This document shows, in pieces, positions 40,096 to 40,880 of a stretch of 40,880 bases of DNA; the first letter of the stretch is position 1, and each line of letters starts with the position of its first letter. Made by a program: the position numbers and the translations under genes. The DNA lies in the NCBI GenBank assembly GCA_040357565.1, contig JBDODJ010000102.1. One strand, written 5' to 3'. Below the pieces are notes generated by a model, which was not told the origin of the DNA, did no database searches, and saw nothing but the letters and a program-made list of their open reading frames with translations. The DNA comes from Cercozoa sp. M6MM (taxonomy: Eukaryota > Protista > Endomyxa: Ascetosporea).

Positions 40096-40664
40096 ATGTC
40101 GACGGAGAACTCCCTGAAGCGCACCGAGCCTGAGCCGGCCACGGATGCCGAGATCGCCAAGGAGGCTGAGGAGGCCGAGCCGGCTCTGAAGAAGAGCAAG
40201 TAGGCTTGTTTTTTACTCTTGCTTTGTTGTGCTTGTGCCAATGTATTGCTTGTCTGTCAACCCGGCAGGACGGCCGATGCTGATGAGTCGTTCGTGCTGG
40301 TAGACGAGCCGGACGAGGACATTGAGGATGAGGACGAGGATCCCGAGGCCGACGAGCTTGCTGTATGCAATGTGTTCTCTCCTCCAACGTGGCTGCAATG
40401 TGCGTTGTGCAATAGGAGCTCGCCAAGGACGCGGAAAAGGACCTCGCCGATTTGCTGCCGGAGGGCTACGTGCCTGGTAACTGCCCTACGCTATCTCAAT
40501 GGTCTGTTTGATGCGTACAATATGTATACTGTGTCTGAACAGCCTGCAAGGTGCCGGAGAAGAAGGCGGCCAAGGCAACTGAGGAGGCCGAAACTGCCCA
40601 GGAAGCCGACACGGCCAAGGCTGCTGAGGCTCCGGCTGCTGGCGAGGAGGCCCACGAGGCTTAA
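40096..40664 (+). CDS. Small acidic, disordered protein (126 aa, 4 exons)
   Basis: Exons 40096-40199, 40269-40362, 40416-40476 and 40543-40664 splice in frame: MSTENSLKRTEPE...PALKKSKTADADESFVLVDEPDEDIEDEDEDPEADELAELAKDAEKDLADLLPEGYVP...; strong codon bias. Confidence 0.85.
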
Positions 40665-40880
40665 GATCCGATTCTCTGTCCCGAATACACTCACTCGACT
40701 TGAGACTGACTGACAGCGCACGTTACCGTACGTCCCGTTCGGTGGCCTCACGCTAGTGTCGCTGCGCTGGAGAGTTAACTACTGTCAAGCCTAGACTGCT
40801 CCGTTCATCATTTTCGCAGACGAGAAGTACGGTCCGCGTGCTGATCATAGATCATCTCTCGGCGGCAAAGTCGTCTGGGA

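Overview
Compact, intron-rich nuclear DNA from a unicellular eukaryote. It uses the standard code, with short GT-AG introns mostly ~40-100 nt; NPHP4 implies a flagellated stage, but the lineage cannot be fixed from the sequence alone. The ORF track is mostly exon fragments, so I spliced genes by hand and boundaries are approximate. About 16 genes, left to right: CDT1 (-, runs off the left edge); a low-complexity hypothetical (+); a coiled-coil hypothetical (-); a kinesin-fold protein with dead nucleotide motifs (+); NPHP4 (-); a secreted plant-GULLO-type FAD oxidase (-); a membrane-anchored SDR (+); a cytochrome P450 with a mitochondrial-presequence-like N-terminus and animal mito-clan signature motifs (+); an MFSD1-like transporter (+); a G-protein alpha subunit (+); a GST-fold protein (+); two tandem secreted Cys-rich paralogs (-); a KDM5-like JmjC demethylase (-); an FABP-like calycin (+); and a small acidic protein (+). 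Most notable: (1) the mito-clan-like P450 inside a FAD oxidase/SDR/P450/MFS/G-alpha block; (2) a class of G-run 'GGGGTAAA' introns found in both orientations and mainly in 3' gene bodies; (3) the pseudokinesin; (4) a near-intron pair between the tandem paralogs; (5) a small NLS + LIR + histone-binding-motif protein. All homology calls come from recalled family motifs, not database searches.
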